A stretch of 63,020 nucleotides of DNA, the filler included, from Rhabdomonas costata (lineage: Eukaryota), in the NCBI GenBank assembly GCA_019059605.1. It is 54 parts of 54 records of this genome, joined end to end, with 100 filler letters (N's around TTAATTAATTAA, not from the genome) between each part and the next. Parts side by side here need not be neighbours in the genome. Positions count along the whole stretch, not along the records: positions 23,383 to 24,451 come from JAHMHO010030273.1; positions 24,552 to 25,620 come from JAHMHO010030274.1; positions 25,721 to 26,789 come from JAHMHO010030275.1; positions 26,890 to 27,958 come from JAHMHO010030276.1; positions 28,059 to 29,125 come from JAHMHO010030277.1; positions 29,226 to 30,294 come from JAHMHO010030278.1; positions 30,395 to 31,462 come from JAHMHO010030279.1; positions 31,563 to 32,631 come from JAHMHO010030280.1; 46 more parts are not named here. One strand, written 5' to 3'. Shown here in pieces: positions 24,448 to 37,872 of the stretch (positions are counted from its first letter, which is position 1; the number at the start of each line of letters is the position of its first letter). The notes under the pieces were generated by a model. It searched no databases and was not told where the DNA came from. It saw only the letters and a program-made list of their open reading frames with translations. The position numbers were made by a program, and so were the translations under genes.

Positions 24448-25722
24448 CATCNNNNNNNNNNNNNNNNNNNNNNNNNNNNNNNNNNNNNNNNNNNNTTAAT
24501 TAATTAANNNNNNNNNNNNNNNNNNNNNNNNNNNNNNNNNNNNNNNNNNNNGTTGTTTTGGGGAGCATGGAGCTGAACATCGGAAGAATGTGTGTGGGGG
24601 GGGGGACGGAAAATAAGCAGCTCCTATCGAGATCGCGCACGATTGTCCGCTCTCAATGCCATGTATTGAGCAGGGAAATGGCATAAACCCACGTTTTGGC
24701 TTTGCCATGGGGGGAGTGCTCAACTAGGAAGGGAAGTGCGCCTTTTTTTTTTGAATTGTTTGGATTTGAATTTAAGGTTGCTTTTGAATTCGCTTTTTCT
24801 TGAGGTGATGCAGTTTTTAGGGGTTAAAGTCACAGCGCACATGTTTTCGGGAACAGGTGGGAATAAGTGACCAGGATGATGATGAAGTCGCCCGAACCTC
24901 GTGGGAGCTCGACAGCTTGGGAGTGAGAGTTAGCATGTCTCCAGAAAGGAAAGCAACCCAAAGTCGGCTTGCTTTCATCTTGTTCTTGCCTCTCTGCAGG
25001 ACCCTGAGCGTGACTCCGTGCCAAGCTCGATGCAACGGTGCAGTGGTGAACAGCTTGCAGAGTTAAAGCGGCTGTCGGACAAGCAAGTTGCCGAGGAGGA
25101 TGCAGTCCGGCACAAAACAGGCCAGGCTGGGCTGTAGGGGTGGTGGCTTGAAGTGGTTCATGTTCCTTTTCGAGCACCTGACTGTTGTCACCGTGTGAGC
25201 CGCGTTGCACTTGCGTATTCATTGTATTCATTGTGCTGAACTTTTATGCCTTTGGGAGTTTTTTCTTTTCCAATTCTGATATTGATCGTTTTGCTTAGAC
25301 CCGCTAATGAACGCATGCGGCCAGATCAGCGTGTTTTACACCAATTCAATAGTGACCTTGATAAGCGGATGCCCCTCAGCAATATGCTGCACGCTTATTT
25401 TACTTTCATGCTATTTTGTTTATGTGGCTCTCTTTCTCGTAAGGTACTTCTTGGCATGACGCTTGTGTATCTGTTCTCTGTTCTCGTGACCCCTTTGTTT
25501 GGCAACAAAACAGTTTTTTGTTTGCAAGCTCTCTGTCCCTGTTGTTTCGGAACGGTAACTGTCCTGAATGCAGGGCAATGCGAAGGAGCGGTTGCGGCGC
25601 ATTCAGGACAGTTACCGTTCNNNNNNNNNNNNNNNNNNNNNNNNNNNNNNNNNNNNNNNNNNNNTTAATTAATTAANNNNNNNNNNNNNNNNNNNNNNNN
25701 NNNNNNNNNNNNNNNNNNNNGG

Positions 25723-26593
<871 letters not shown>

Positions 26594-26643
26594 TGAAATG
26601 TACCATACTAATCCTTCAGCGATGGATTGTATTAGAGCTGACT

Positions 26644-26771
26644 AAGCTCGATTCGAAAAAGCCCTATCACATAGTAAAAATGGCCAATAATTCGCTTTCT
26701 CTTGGCTCCTGTATCGCCAAGACTCCTATTGTCCACCCTGATGCGAGGCTTACCACTAAAGAATTTTCTGG
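26644..26771 (+). repeat. Dispersed repeat, copy 2 (downstream of an ADH exon donor)
   Basis: Diverged copy of 24322-24447. Confidence 0.85.
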
Positions 26772-27710
26772 GTTACCCCCCCCCCACAANNNNNNNNNNN
26801 NNNNNNNNNNNNNNNNNNNNNNNNNNNNNNNNNTTAATTAATTAANNNNNNNNNNNNNNNNNNNNNNNNNNNNNNNNNNNNNNNNNNNNCATCCATCCCT
26901 CTCCCCCGCACCTGTTGTTCAGTATGTAATGTCCTGTGCGCTGGCTTTGCAGTGCGTGCCGTTTTCTGCACCAGTGTGCACCAAGGGCATCTTGTTTGTG
27001 CTGTGCAGAGGCAGGTGACATAGAAATGGAGACCAGCAGACTAGGGGTATGGCAGGTGGTCTGCTTGTCGCTGTTTTCGGCGAAATTTGCTGAAGTTGCG
27101 CAGCCGGGTATCAGCTGCCGGGTGGGCTTTCATTTTCATGGTGAGATCTGATAATAGGGATCGAGATATTCTGCCCCCTGACTGAGCTGGTTTCCTTTCC
27201 AGATCGCTCCAGTTTTCTCTCCCAATGTCGCCTGCCGCCTTCCTTGAGGTTGTCAAGGCTAAGGCGCCGGACGGAACCTGAACCTACCTACGCTCAGCAT
27301 CGGAGCATCGGCACCCGACACACGTACAACGATGGAGCAGTGGTGGCTGCTTCCGCATTGGCCAGTGTCGCCATCTACGGGCGTTTTTTTAGGAGTAGGT
27401 TATTATCTATTACCTATTACACCTCAGTGAAAACCCGGGTGCAGTTATGCGTGACGAAAGACACAGGGGATGAGTTGGGAATGGAAGTGGGATTGATGGG
27501 CTGGATGTGTGCGCAGTCAGTGGCTCCCCGCTGGCCTCAGGGGCCTCCCCTTTGGCCCCCGGAAACCCCCGCAGCCCGGTAGGCGTTCCTGGGGCCTCGC
27601 CCACCGCACCATCGCAGGGACCCTCCCACTTCCTCCCCGTCGACGAGAGGCACGTGTCGACTCCTCTGCCTGTGCTTTTGCACATGTGCTGTCTGCGCTT
27701 ATTCTGTGTG

Positions 27711-27954
27711 GGTGGGTTTCGATCTTACTGTGTCTTCGCGTTTCTTGGTGCCCACAAGGTCTGTCTCTAGGTGCACGCCGGAAATTTCTGCCGTGGTTTT
27801 TTTTTAGCAAGAATGACTGTTGACCAGGATTGCGGTGTTCAAAATGTTGTTGGCTGGTTTTACTGCCCCCCCCCCCCATCCGTCGCGTGTGTCTTAGGAG
27901 ACTGACCTTGTGGGCACCAAGAAACGCGAAGACACAGTAAGATCGAAACCCACC
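27711..27954. repeat. Contig-terminal inverted repeat (51-bp arms)
   Basis: 27711-27761 is the reverse complement of 27904-27954. Confidence 0.9.
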
Positions 27955-29700
27955 AACANNNNNNNNNNNNNNNNNNNNNNNNNNNNNNNNNNNNNNNNNN
28001 NNTTAATTAATTAANNNNNNNNNNNNNNNNNNNNNNNNNNNNNNNNNNNNNNNNNNNNGTGTTGGGGTCAGGGGCCTCCCACCGCACTCCCACCTGAACC
28101 CAAAACCATGCCAGGCTATCGCTATCACAGAACCTCAGAAGTGCGGGTCCCATTTACAGGACAACGCCGTTCTCTCGTGAGAATGGAAGGGCGGGGAAAT
28201 CGTCTCCACGAAAGAACTTGTTCATCCCACTGTTAACGTCCCTAGGTTGTCAAACGGACTGGCTGTGATTCAAAACCAGATGAGCCTCTTGCTCCGGTGA
28301 GGGGGATGGGCGAGACAGTGGGGAAGTGTCACATCTCCACTTCAAGCAACTTCTCTGCTCAGCCGCAATGTCAGGCCAGCAGCCACGGAAAGGTCTCCGC
28401 AATCCAAACAAACGGTCTCCCATGCACCTGGCAAAGCCCTCAACGCAAAAAAAAAAAGAAGTGGAAAGCGTTTCAATTCAAATTATGAACCCATTTGAGA
28501 AAACGCTGCGACAGCACGCGCAAACCTTCGCACCACCGCTCGAATTTCCACTCTCCCCATCCTCCAGCACTCGCCACATCACGGAATCGGAGGGGGCTGC
28601 CGCACCCGCGGGAAGCTCTGGGACGTCTTCCTGTGAAAGCACCTGAAAAAAAAAACACAGAGTCCTGTACCTTCCCATAGGCCTGCTCTCAGTGAAGGTA
28701 AGCGGGCAAACTCTCCGCCGGAAGTTGACTCATTCAAGTAGCTGCTTCGTTCCAACCTTTCTCCCCAAACCTCCTCCGCAACGGAACGCAAGGCAACCTC
28801 TGAACTCTCGCTGGCAATGCTACACAAAAATCTATCAATCGCCGAGACGCATAAACAAAAACGCATCCAGCTATCTTTCAAAAATGTTTCAAAAACGTTC
28901 CAAGACGTTTCAAACGTGTGAGGTGAAAAATGTTAGGGCAAAGCGGTGCCACCATCACCTGATCCTGCTTCCGCAGCAGCCCAGTGCTGCATCCCGTATC
29001 CCGCGGGTTCAGGTCTACCGGGAGGTAGCACGCCTCCCCAGATCCTTGCCCGGGCCTCCCCCACTGTGGTCTCCTCGGCGCACTAGGACCTCCGGGCGAG
29101 CCCTCCGCTCGGACGGCTACCCCACNNNNNNNNNNNNNNNNNNNNNNNNNNNNNNNNNNNNNNNNNNNNTTAATTAATTAANNNNNNNNNNNNNNNNNNN
29201 NNNNNNNNNNNNNNNNNNNNNNNNNTGTGTGTGGCACAGGCATTTTGAAAATAAACGCGACCTCCCGGGAGGGGTACGGGTGCTAGCCATCCGGCACTAA
29301 TGCTCACTCATCGAAACAGAACAGACACCCATTGATCGAACCACGCACAGATTTCACTGGGCATTGCCAGATGTAACCTTAGCGACTCCCCGTACCAAGG
29401 GCATCTATAGGCCTATGCCTGTAGGCTGGCCATTGGCATACTGTACAGTGGTAGGGTTGCACACTGGCAGATGAGGCGGAATGGGGGGCGCATGCGTATT
29501 GGGGGGTTCCCTCGGAAGCTCGAGTCCCCTAGGGGCCCGGTGTCGGTATCGGTATGCAAGCCCCTAGCTTCGAACTATATGGGTAACTATGATCCAGCCA
29601 GCATATAAGCGGGCCCATACGGCCAATATGCCGGGAACTACCTTTCTGAACCATTCCCGCAAGGTGCCTCATCCACCGCAACCGCGACCACAACACAGAC

Positions 29701-29818
29701 CTACGAAGGCGAACTTGCCGTCGGGGTGGGGCTGGGCCCGGAGGATGGCGGGACAGCGCATCTGCCCGTACCGGGCATGGTACGTGGGGAGCTGGTTGAA
29801 CAGCTGCATGAAGAAGTC
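29701..29818 (-). CDS. RRM-containing protein exon (U2AF large subunit-like)
   Basis: CAG|DFFMQLFNQLPTYHARYGQMRCPAILRAQPHPDGKFAFV|GT, ending in an RNP1-like KFAFV. Not in the ORF track because it is a short exon. Confidence 0.5.
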
Positions 29819-32800
29819 CTGTGGACGCAAAGGGACGCCACACCCTATACCTGTAGGACCGCCACTTTTCCATGCTTACTAACAAAAGCAGCAAAGGGAT
29901 TACATCCGATTGATCCAATGGACCTGAATACTGAATCGGTAAGGTTGAATTGCGGCCATACATGATTTCCACTGCCTTTTTCCTCTTGAGCCACAACACA
30001 GAAGGGTTGCTGCTGAGCAGGGCGACCCAAGCGCAGCACCTAACGGCGTTTACACTTCTTTTTGATACGTAATTCCTTGCCAACTGCATCGATGCATACA
30101 TAAATCCTCAAGAGTCCTATTTTCGCTCTGTGGCGTGCACGTGCACGCTAATCACTTCAGTATGTTATGGAATGTAGGAGGGGGGCAAACGGGTTCGAGT
30201 CGCTCTCCCCAACAAGTGTCCACGCCTGTTGGAACCAAGACGCAGCCCCCTTGCACTGAGGTTATCGGTGACGAACGAACCTCCCACCCCACCCNNNNNN
30301 NNNNNNNNNNNNNNNNNNNNNNNNNNNNNNNNNNNNNNTTAATTAATTAANNNNNNNNNNNNNNNNNNNNNNNNNNNNNNNNNNNNNNNNNNNNTGTTTT
30401 GTTTGGTCCTTCGTCCTTGTCCGTCTGCCCATTCTCATGGCGGCTCACGCAAATTGCTCTTTCGAAAAAAAAAGGTTTTGTTTTTGTAACAAAAACAGGT
30501 ACAGCCCTGGCCATCGAATCACCCCTGCCTTCAAGCATGCCATCTCCGTCTATTCATCGGAGCATCTTAGAATATTCCTTTTTAAAAGTAACGTGTTTCT
30601 TTAAAGGTACTATACAAAATTTCCATCGTCCAGTGTGTTGCTGAACCTGTTGATTGATGCACTTTGCGGGTCAACTTCAATGCTTTGTGAAGCTAGTCTG
30701 CTTTGTTGGAAGGCTGAAAGTGTTCGGTTCATCATGTCAGGTTTTATTTGGTTCTCCCCCTCCCCCCTATTTTTGACTGAACAAATGAGGTGTCCGCAAT
30801 GAGCAAGGGTGCGGCAGTGTACGAAAATGCAAACTTTCGGGTGATAAACCTGAGCGACGACCCCAAGGCTCCTTTGGATGACCTTTTTGACGTATGCTCA
30901 GTGCATCTCTTTTCAGATGTGCAGAAGCGCAGGTGTGTTCGCAAGGTGTTTGATGACTTCCCATCATGCGTTTGCAAGCATGGTTTGGAAAACCTGTGTG
31001 ATTAGAACCTATCACACGACGTTGTAATCGAAGGATTTGCTGACGGTTCTGTTGGCCTGTGTGCTGCTCTTCTCCACCACGTGAACAAAGTGGTTACCGG
31101 GTTTGGAACTGGATGTGAGGTGGATGTTTACTGTCAAGTCAGTGCTTGCAGGGCCTCCACTTCACTGCAGAGATGTAATAAATTTCGACCAAAGTAGGAT
31201 GTTAACGTGCCCACCTCTTATGACCGCTTGTTGGTCTTATATCTTCCAGAGTTTGCGTGGCGGTTGCCTTCGCCCTCAGGGCTTTAGCGGGGGTGCAGGC
31301 AAGCGGGAGAAGAAGCGTGACAGGAAGTCCTCGGCAAAGAAGGAAGCCCCGGCCCCTTTGGACGCACCTGCCGGATGGACTCGCTCGTCTCTGGAGGAGG
31401 AACACTTTCCTCCTCCTCCGCCAGACCAAGGCATCTGTAACTGTTTGTATTTTTTTTCAGAGNNNNNNNNNNNNNNNNNNNNNNNNNNNNNNNNNNNNNN
31501 NNNNNNTTAATTAATTAANNNNNNNNNNNNNNNNNNNNNNNNNNNNNNNNNNNNNNNNNNNNGAGCTTGGTTTCGTCCGTCAAGGTCGCCTCTTCACACT
31601 CTGCAGCCTCGACCTTCACGGACGTTTTTTAAATGAAGGAGCCAGTGACGTTTGTGTTACTGCTTTTCCCCCTCTCCCAACTCCGCTGCAGTCATCGAAC
31701 CATCCACTCCACAACACTCTTCTGCACACCACAGCTCCAATGCAATACACCACAATTCACCATGCCCCAACTACCATTACCCATCCCAAGTACCCTCCAA
31801 CCAAATGCAACAGCTAAACATCAAACCGAGCACCCACCAACCCACCTACAAAACCAACGCCAACACCACGGAAGCGCGCACAATCACTGTCGATACACTC
31901 ACAACAGCGCAGGAAACCTGACCACAAAAAATAAAACCTACGACCTAAGTTGAAGAACCGAAGACCCAGCACTAACGACACCACACAAGCCCACGCAAGC
32001 ACTACCTTTGAATCCACATCCAAGCCTAACACACTCACACAGCGACAGAACACAGAAGCACTACGATACACGCACACCAACACCCAACCCCAATGCACTC
32101 ACTCAGCGGAAACAGAGACGGAAACAGTTACAGGATCGCGCCTAAAGCTGAAGTCAACCACAGGAACCCACCACACTCATTCTCGCACGAAGTCAGACCC
32201 AACAGCCCAGATTCAGATAAAAACATCATGGTAGTATTTAGTAACGCAGCAAAGGAACCAAGCAAAAACCGAATGCAAGAAGGCAGAACCCACCGACGAC
32301 AGACTTCATGACTTCAGACCAACTTCATGAAACCCCACTACGGAACAAAAACCACACTAGTACCCCACTAGCAGATGCACATATTGATAAGGAGACCCGA
32401 CATTCCACGACAGCGACACGGCACTGTTTCGGTTTTCCAGCCTCATCAGGTGAACAAGCAACCCCAACGCCTTGAAACCAAAGACCTAACCCAACCACTA
32501 GACACCGAAGCTAAACGGAGGCCTCCGAGGCCGACACACACAAATACCCTAACACCTCAACACATGAACACCAAGATACAAAGACCAACCATACGTTGGT
32601 CGGTAGCAACCTTACTCTTACCACCACCAACNNNNNNNNNNNNNNNNNNNNNNNNNNNNNNNNNNNNNNNNNNNNTTAATTAATTAANNNNNNNNNNNNN
32701 NNNNNNNNNNNNNNNNNNNNNNNNNNNNNNNCCCTCCTCCCTGACTTCTGTGGCGCAGCGCGGAGACAGAAGTTCTGGAATCTTAGTGGGGAGCTCGTGA

Positions 32801-34061
32801 ACCCATCCCCCCGAACGAAGAAGGCCAAGCTGCAGGTGAAGGCCCACTCGACGTACAAGTACCCCAAGCCACATACTCCGGTATTGACGCCCACCTTTCT
32901 GTGCCTCTGGGCTCCAACTAGCTCACTTCGCGTATCGGCGTTGCAGGATAATCCTAACCTGGAAACCATTGCCAGTTTGGTGGTAAATATTGTTTAGTTC
33001 GCACATAGCGAAGCGGGCGGATGTGCGTTGGGATTGATCTCTCGGCATTTTTGGGTGCAAAATTAACAAAATTTCGCTTTTTATTGTTCCTGAAACCCAC
33101 TTCGTCCTTAGTAAACAGGCTCCCGGTGAATGCTAAAAAAAAACTTGAACATTGGCATCATCCTTGACCCCACTCCCCGGTGCCTCGCACTCTCATCCTC
33201 TGTCACCTGATCATATCAATATCGGGCCGCGCGCTTCTAGCTTTTGTATTTGAGCCGTTCCCCAGTCGCCACCGCTTTGATGATGAATTGTATGGAACGA
33301 AAACAAACACACCCACTCTTGAAACAGTCAAGCGGACGACGTCGAGCTATCGAGGGCAATTGATGCTGCCCATATTGTGTGTTTGCCGCTGTACTCCAAA
33401 CTCACCTCCCTTGGTGGCGCGCTGGGGGGGAGGGGGCTGGACACAGGCCCCCTTTCGGGTTGTTAGAGTACGTATTGCGCCCCCTTTGCGCAGCCTCTGA
33501 AGGGGACCCGCCCGACGGTCCCTTTGATGCAGCGCTTCAACGACTCGTCCGAGGGCCCTCCGGGCAGCGCCACTATTAAGGATCTCTTTGGGGGCAGCTC
33601 CTTCGCGTGCAGCACCCCAACCACCGTGGACCCCTTTCCCAGCGGCGCCAGCTTCTTTGGAGGCATGACGGCCGCTGCGCCCGGCAGCTCCGTTGGAGTT
33701 CCGGGAATCAGCGTGAGTGTCTGTGAGAGCTCCTCGCTGTGTGCGGGGAGCTGTGCGTCTTGCACCCCGCCGCTCTCTGCGTTGGGTTCGCAAGGTGGGG
33801 NNNNNNNNNNNNNNNNNNNNNNNNNNNNNNNNNNNNNNNNNNNNTTAATTAATTAANNNNNNNNNNNNNNNNNNNNNNNNNNNNNNNNNNNNNNNNNNNN
33901 GTCGCCATCGTTTCCAGAGGACTTGCCAGGCACCCAAGCCTGTCCCACCCAATCCAAGTCCTCGCCACCTGCAAGGCCTGCAACAAAGCGTGTCGTCAGG
34001 TTTCCTGCCCAACCCGCCCTTGGGGCAAAGGCGGGAGGTCGCTCGGAGTCCCGGGAGTACC

Positions 34062-34548
34062 GGGAATAAACTCCAGTGGGAAAACCGCGTAGGAGAAGGG
34101 CGAGGACTCGTTGGCAAGCGCGATGTGCAGGAGGTCCTTGAGGGTCTTGCGCTGATGCCAGCGCTCCTTCGCCCTTTCCCACATCCGCTGGATGGTCTGC
34201 CCGCATGGACGACGACTGAGAAACTGCCAAGGAGAACTTCCGGCTGTTCGCCACCCCCCGGGAGCGTTACTGGGTGGGTCGGCTGAACGGCATGTGGCCC
34301 CAGGGGTTCAACTCGGCCAACTCTGGGAAGCCCGTATCCGCCTGGGTGCGTCGGCAATGGCAGCGTCCAGAGCCGGACCGCATGACGCTGACACCCAAAG
34401 CGCAAGATGCCGTAGCCCGCCGGGGGCAGCAGTGGCCCGACCGTTTCCATCGTGACGGTGGCGCCGCCCTGAAGGAGATGGAACGCTGGGAGAAGGAGAC
34501 CCTCCGTGAGACGCTGGACTGGATCCAGCAGAACGTCCCAGGGCGCCT
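34062..34548. mobile_element. Rearranged GIY-YIG endonuclease relic of a Penelope-like element
   Basis: Minus strand 34204-34062 reads GQTIQRMWERAKERWHQRK...LLHIALANESSPFSYAVFPLEFIP. Plus strand from 34205 reads MDDD*ETAKENFRLFATPRERYWVGRLNGMWPQGFN (RE.YW...L....P.G.N, the GIY-YIG C-terminal motif). Confidence 0.7.
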
Positions 34549-35565
34549 CTCTGATCTCCCACTTCTCGCTGCCATTCTCCCCTTCTCTTGTGCTGACCCG
34601 GGCTGCTCGTCCCACGGCAGGCTTTCCGCTCCTCGCTGCCACTCGCCACTTCTTGGGGGCTCCTTTTCTCGCCTGATCCAGCCTGCCCTCACACCAGGGG
34701 CTGTGGTTCTCTCCATCTCACGCTCCACCGTCCATTCTAACCATTCCTCTGCATCCGGCCCGTTGTGTATGTACTCGCCGTCCAGTCAGCCCATCTCTGA
34801 ACAGCGTCCCAGCCCGGATGCTTGCCCCCCGATATCACACGACACGACACGACACGGCACGACGGGCATTGGGGTGAGAGTGTGCGCCGTGCCCATCCAC
34901 ACACACACACATGGCGCCTTGGCGCGGTGTGCTGTGGCGTGTCCTTGTGCTGCTTGTTCCCCACCACAANNNNNNNNNNNNNNNNNNNNNNNNNNNNNNN
35001 NNNNNNNNNNNNNTTAATTAATTAANNNNNNNNNNNNNNNNNNNNNNNNNNNNNNNNNNNNNNNNNNNNATTGTCTTCATCGCATTTCCCAGACCCCAAG
35101 ATCACGAAGATTGTAATCAGAAAGGATCTTCTGGGGTCAGGTGTCGATGCGCAGGTAGAAGGAATTTCACGCTGGGGGCACATTATGCATCCGGAGTTAG
35201 GAGTTAGTTAGTAGTTTAGGAGGCGATACAGGTGTGGGATGCTAACAGAAGATCTGCAGGGGGTTAGGAGGCGATACTTATGCCGGGAACTCAAACTCAG
35301 TCTTTCCTGCCGCTTGGCAGAAAGAAGATGGAAGGAGGCGGGGGGGGGGCTTCCCTTCCATCCTCACGGACGGAGCTTTCACTCTTTCACTCCATTCAAA
35401 TCCCCCTCTGTGCGCAGATGGCCTGAGGTTGCCAGGCCGTCAAAGGCAGTCCACTGCGGACAAAAAGGGTGTGGCGACCACCGCCTCCTCCACCTCCTCC
35501 TTCGATTTTGGGTTAAGGCCATTTAAGGTCTGGTCATACTCCGGCTATCCACCCCCCCTCCCCCG

Positions 35566-35888
35566 GAGGGAAAGTTGGTTCGCAAATAAGGTGTCCGCCC
35601 TTCCCAACGAAGGTTGGTGCGGTCACTGTTTATCTTGCATGGCGCCTTAATTTACCTCGTGGCCAGAGGCAACACTTCCTCGATCTTTGCAATCTTTGCG
35701 GGATGGTAGTTGTCTTCCTCGTTCACCTTCTTGAAGGGAACGAGCACCTTCCCATGTGATTCAACCCAATCCTCCCTTCCACACCCCCTGCATGCCTTCG
35801 ACCGGGCGACGTTCTGCTCCTGCAGCCATCGGATCAGGTTGTGAGGGGTATCCAGAATGGCATCCACATCCGCTGCAGTCCAGGGCAT
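35566..35888 (-). mobile_element. Possible decayed Merlin/IS1595-like transposase N-terminus
   Basis: ILDTPHNLIRWLQEQNVARSKACRGCG, then in another frame QDKQ*PHQPSLGRADTLFANQLSL. This resembles the Merlin zinc ribbon followed by S.R..T.F. No DDE core seen. Confidence 0.35.
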
Positions 35889-36574
35889 TTCTTTCGTGCC
35901 AAGAAACACGGTGTGTAACAGGGGGACGGCGTGAAAAGCCGGAATCCTCATGAGGGTGTGTGTGGATAGCCCGAGAATCGCCCTAATTTGTTTTGGCTTG
36001 ATTGGTGCCCTCCTTCTTCAATGATGAAGATGGTCACATTCGAACAACACGTTTCCTTTCTTAGGCTTTTTTTACCATGCTTCCTCTTCCTGCCCTGTTG
36101 CGTGTGTTCTTTCCGTTTATTCATCGTACAACACAAACNNNNNNNNNNNNNNNNNNNNNNNNNNNNNNNNNNNNNNNNNNNNTTAATTAATTAANNNNNN
36201 NNNNNNNNNNNNNNNNNNNNNNNNNNNNNNNNNNNNNNGGGGGGGTTTTGTGATAACCACGAGTGAAACTTCAACTCATCACAAAAGCGACACCTGTCAC
36301 CGAAAATTGCATGCGCCGACTCTTATAGCATGGGCAAGTCACTTTAAAGGTCAATGTTCAAAACGGCTCTGAATATTTTCTAGAGGTGTGGTGGGGACTT
36401 GTCAGGCCTCAGCACTCTCTGAAGTGCTCAGTCGAACAAAGCTGATCTTTGCTTGTGTTTTGCACGGCGGCAACACTTGTTTATTGCCAGAGCCTTCTCA
36501 ATTGCCCTGGTGAGATTCTGAGTTGGATCCAACATAATCTTATCCCTAGGTGCACGTATCTTTTCCCTTGTGCC

Positions 36575-37225
36575 TCATTTCATAGGTTTCCAAAAAGAAT
36601 GTGGCCATGACTGGTTGGACACCACCCCTCCCTCCTCTGAGAACCCCACACTGATTAGAGCAGTGGCCGAGGCCTCTGCAGCCGGGGTGACCGCCCCCAC
36701 CAAAGGGCCGGCCACAGGATCGTAGTCCGAGTACCCCACGGGGTACTCCATCAGCCCGTCGTCCGCCGTGGCAAAGCGAACAAACAGGTCATTCGTGCAC
36801 CACACCGGGACCCACAGTCGCACCCGCTCCGCGAAGTCCGGCGCCGGAGGGATGCGGTTCGTTCTCCCGGTCAGTTGGTAAAAGGGATGGGCCTGGCACG
36901 TCAGCAGGTCCAGCAGCCGCAGTGTTGCGGGCAAGGTATTCAGCATCACCCCGCTGTACCCCGAGCCCAGATTGAAGAACACAAACCGGGCATCCGTGTA
37001 CTGCTTCAGCCAGGCCGGGCCAAAGATGGGCTCGGCCTCGCCGTGGGCGTAGAACACCAGGGCATTGTACACTAGGTGGCCGCGGCTGGAGGGAAGCCGG
37101 CGGGAGTACGCCAGCTGTTCTCGGGCGTAGGTCTCCTCGTCCAGGGCCTGAGAGTACTGCTCGTGGTCCGGGTCCAGGGGGATCAAGCTGATCTCAAACA
37201 AGAACCGGTCCACCAGGCTCTCCAT
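36575..37225 (-). CDS. Hypothetical protein (~216 aa, apparently intronless)
   Basis: Uninterrupted ATG-to-stop frame with strong GC3 bias and globular, aromatic-rich composition. No family recognised. Confidence 0.65.
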   Translation of the reverse strand: MESLVDRFLFEISLIPLDPDHEQYSQALDEETYAREQLAYSRRLPSSRGHLVYNALVFYAHGEAEPIFGPAWLKQYTDARFVFFNLGSGYSGVMLNTLPATLRLLDLLTCQAHPFYQLTGRTNRIPPAPDFAERVRLWVPVWCTNDLFVRFATADDGLMEYPVGYSDYDPVAGPLVGAVTPAAEASATALISVGFSEEGGVVSNQSWPHSFWKPMK

Positions 37226-37872
37226 TGTGCACCTCAACCTCTTCTACCTTCCGAGCAAGAACCAAAGATGTCGCAAAAGAATTGTGCGCAATTTGACCAA
37301 CCCCACCNNNNNNNNNNNNNNNNNNNNNNNNNNNNNNNNNNNNNNNNNNNNTTAATTAATTAANNNNNNNNNNNNNNNNNNNNNNNNNNNNNNNNNNNNN
37401 NNNNNNNAGAGTCCATCCTTTGTAGTTGAGATGAATTGTGATTTCACCTCAGATGATTCATGAAATCCCGCCCGTTTCGCTGCAAGAAAGTGGACCCAAA
37501 GCTCCGTTTTGGCGTTGGTTTTGGTGTGCCTATTGCTGGTGTCGCTGTGCTTGTTGACGCTCCCCGGACAGAAGGACCCTTAGACCCTGCAACGCTGTAC
37601 GAATCTGTCCGCCTTGTCGAAAGTGCGTGGCAGGTCGGTCCTCAGTAATTGTCCTTTGAGCTCATGGGCCCACAGTCCTCATCTCGGTGGGTGCATTTCC
37701 CACCACCGGAAGATACTTTTCGCACCCGTCAACTCTCTGTTTGATGCCCTCTTCGACACTACCACCTTCTCTGACTTTGACCTGTGAACCATGAAAGGCT
37801 TCATTTTTGCTTGTGGTTTTTTGCTTCTGTCTCTGTTGTGCTTGTCCAAAGGTGCCGCGTTTGTGGGCGCAG

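Noticed and set aside
33845-34642. 265-aa minus-strand ORF, the longest in the track
   Set aside because: It is a GC-rich shadow frame with no motif. The recognisable GIY-YIG pieces lie in other frames.
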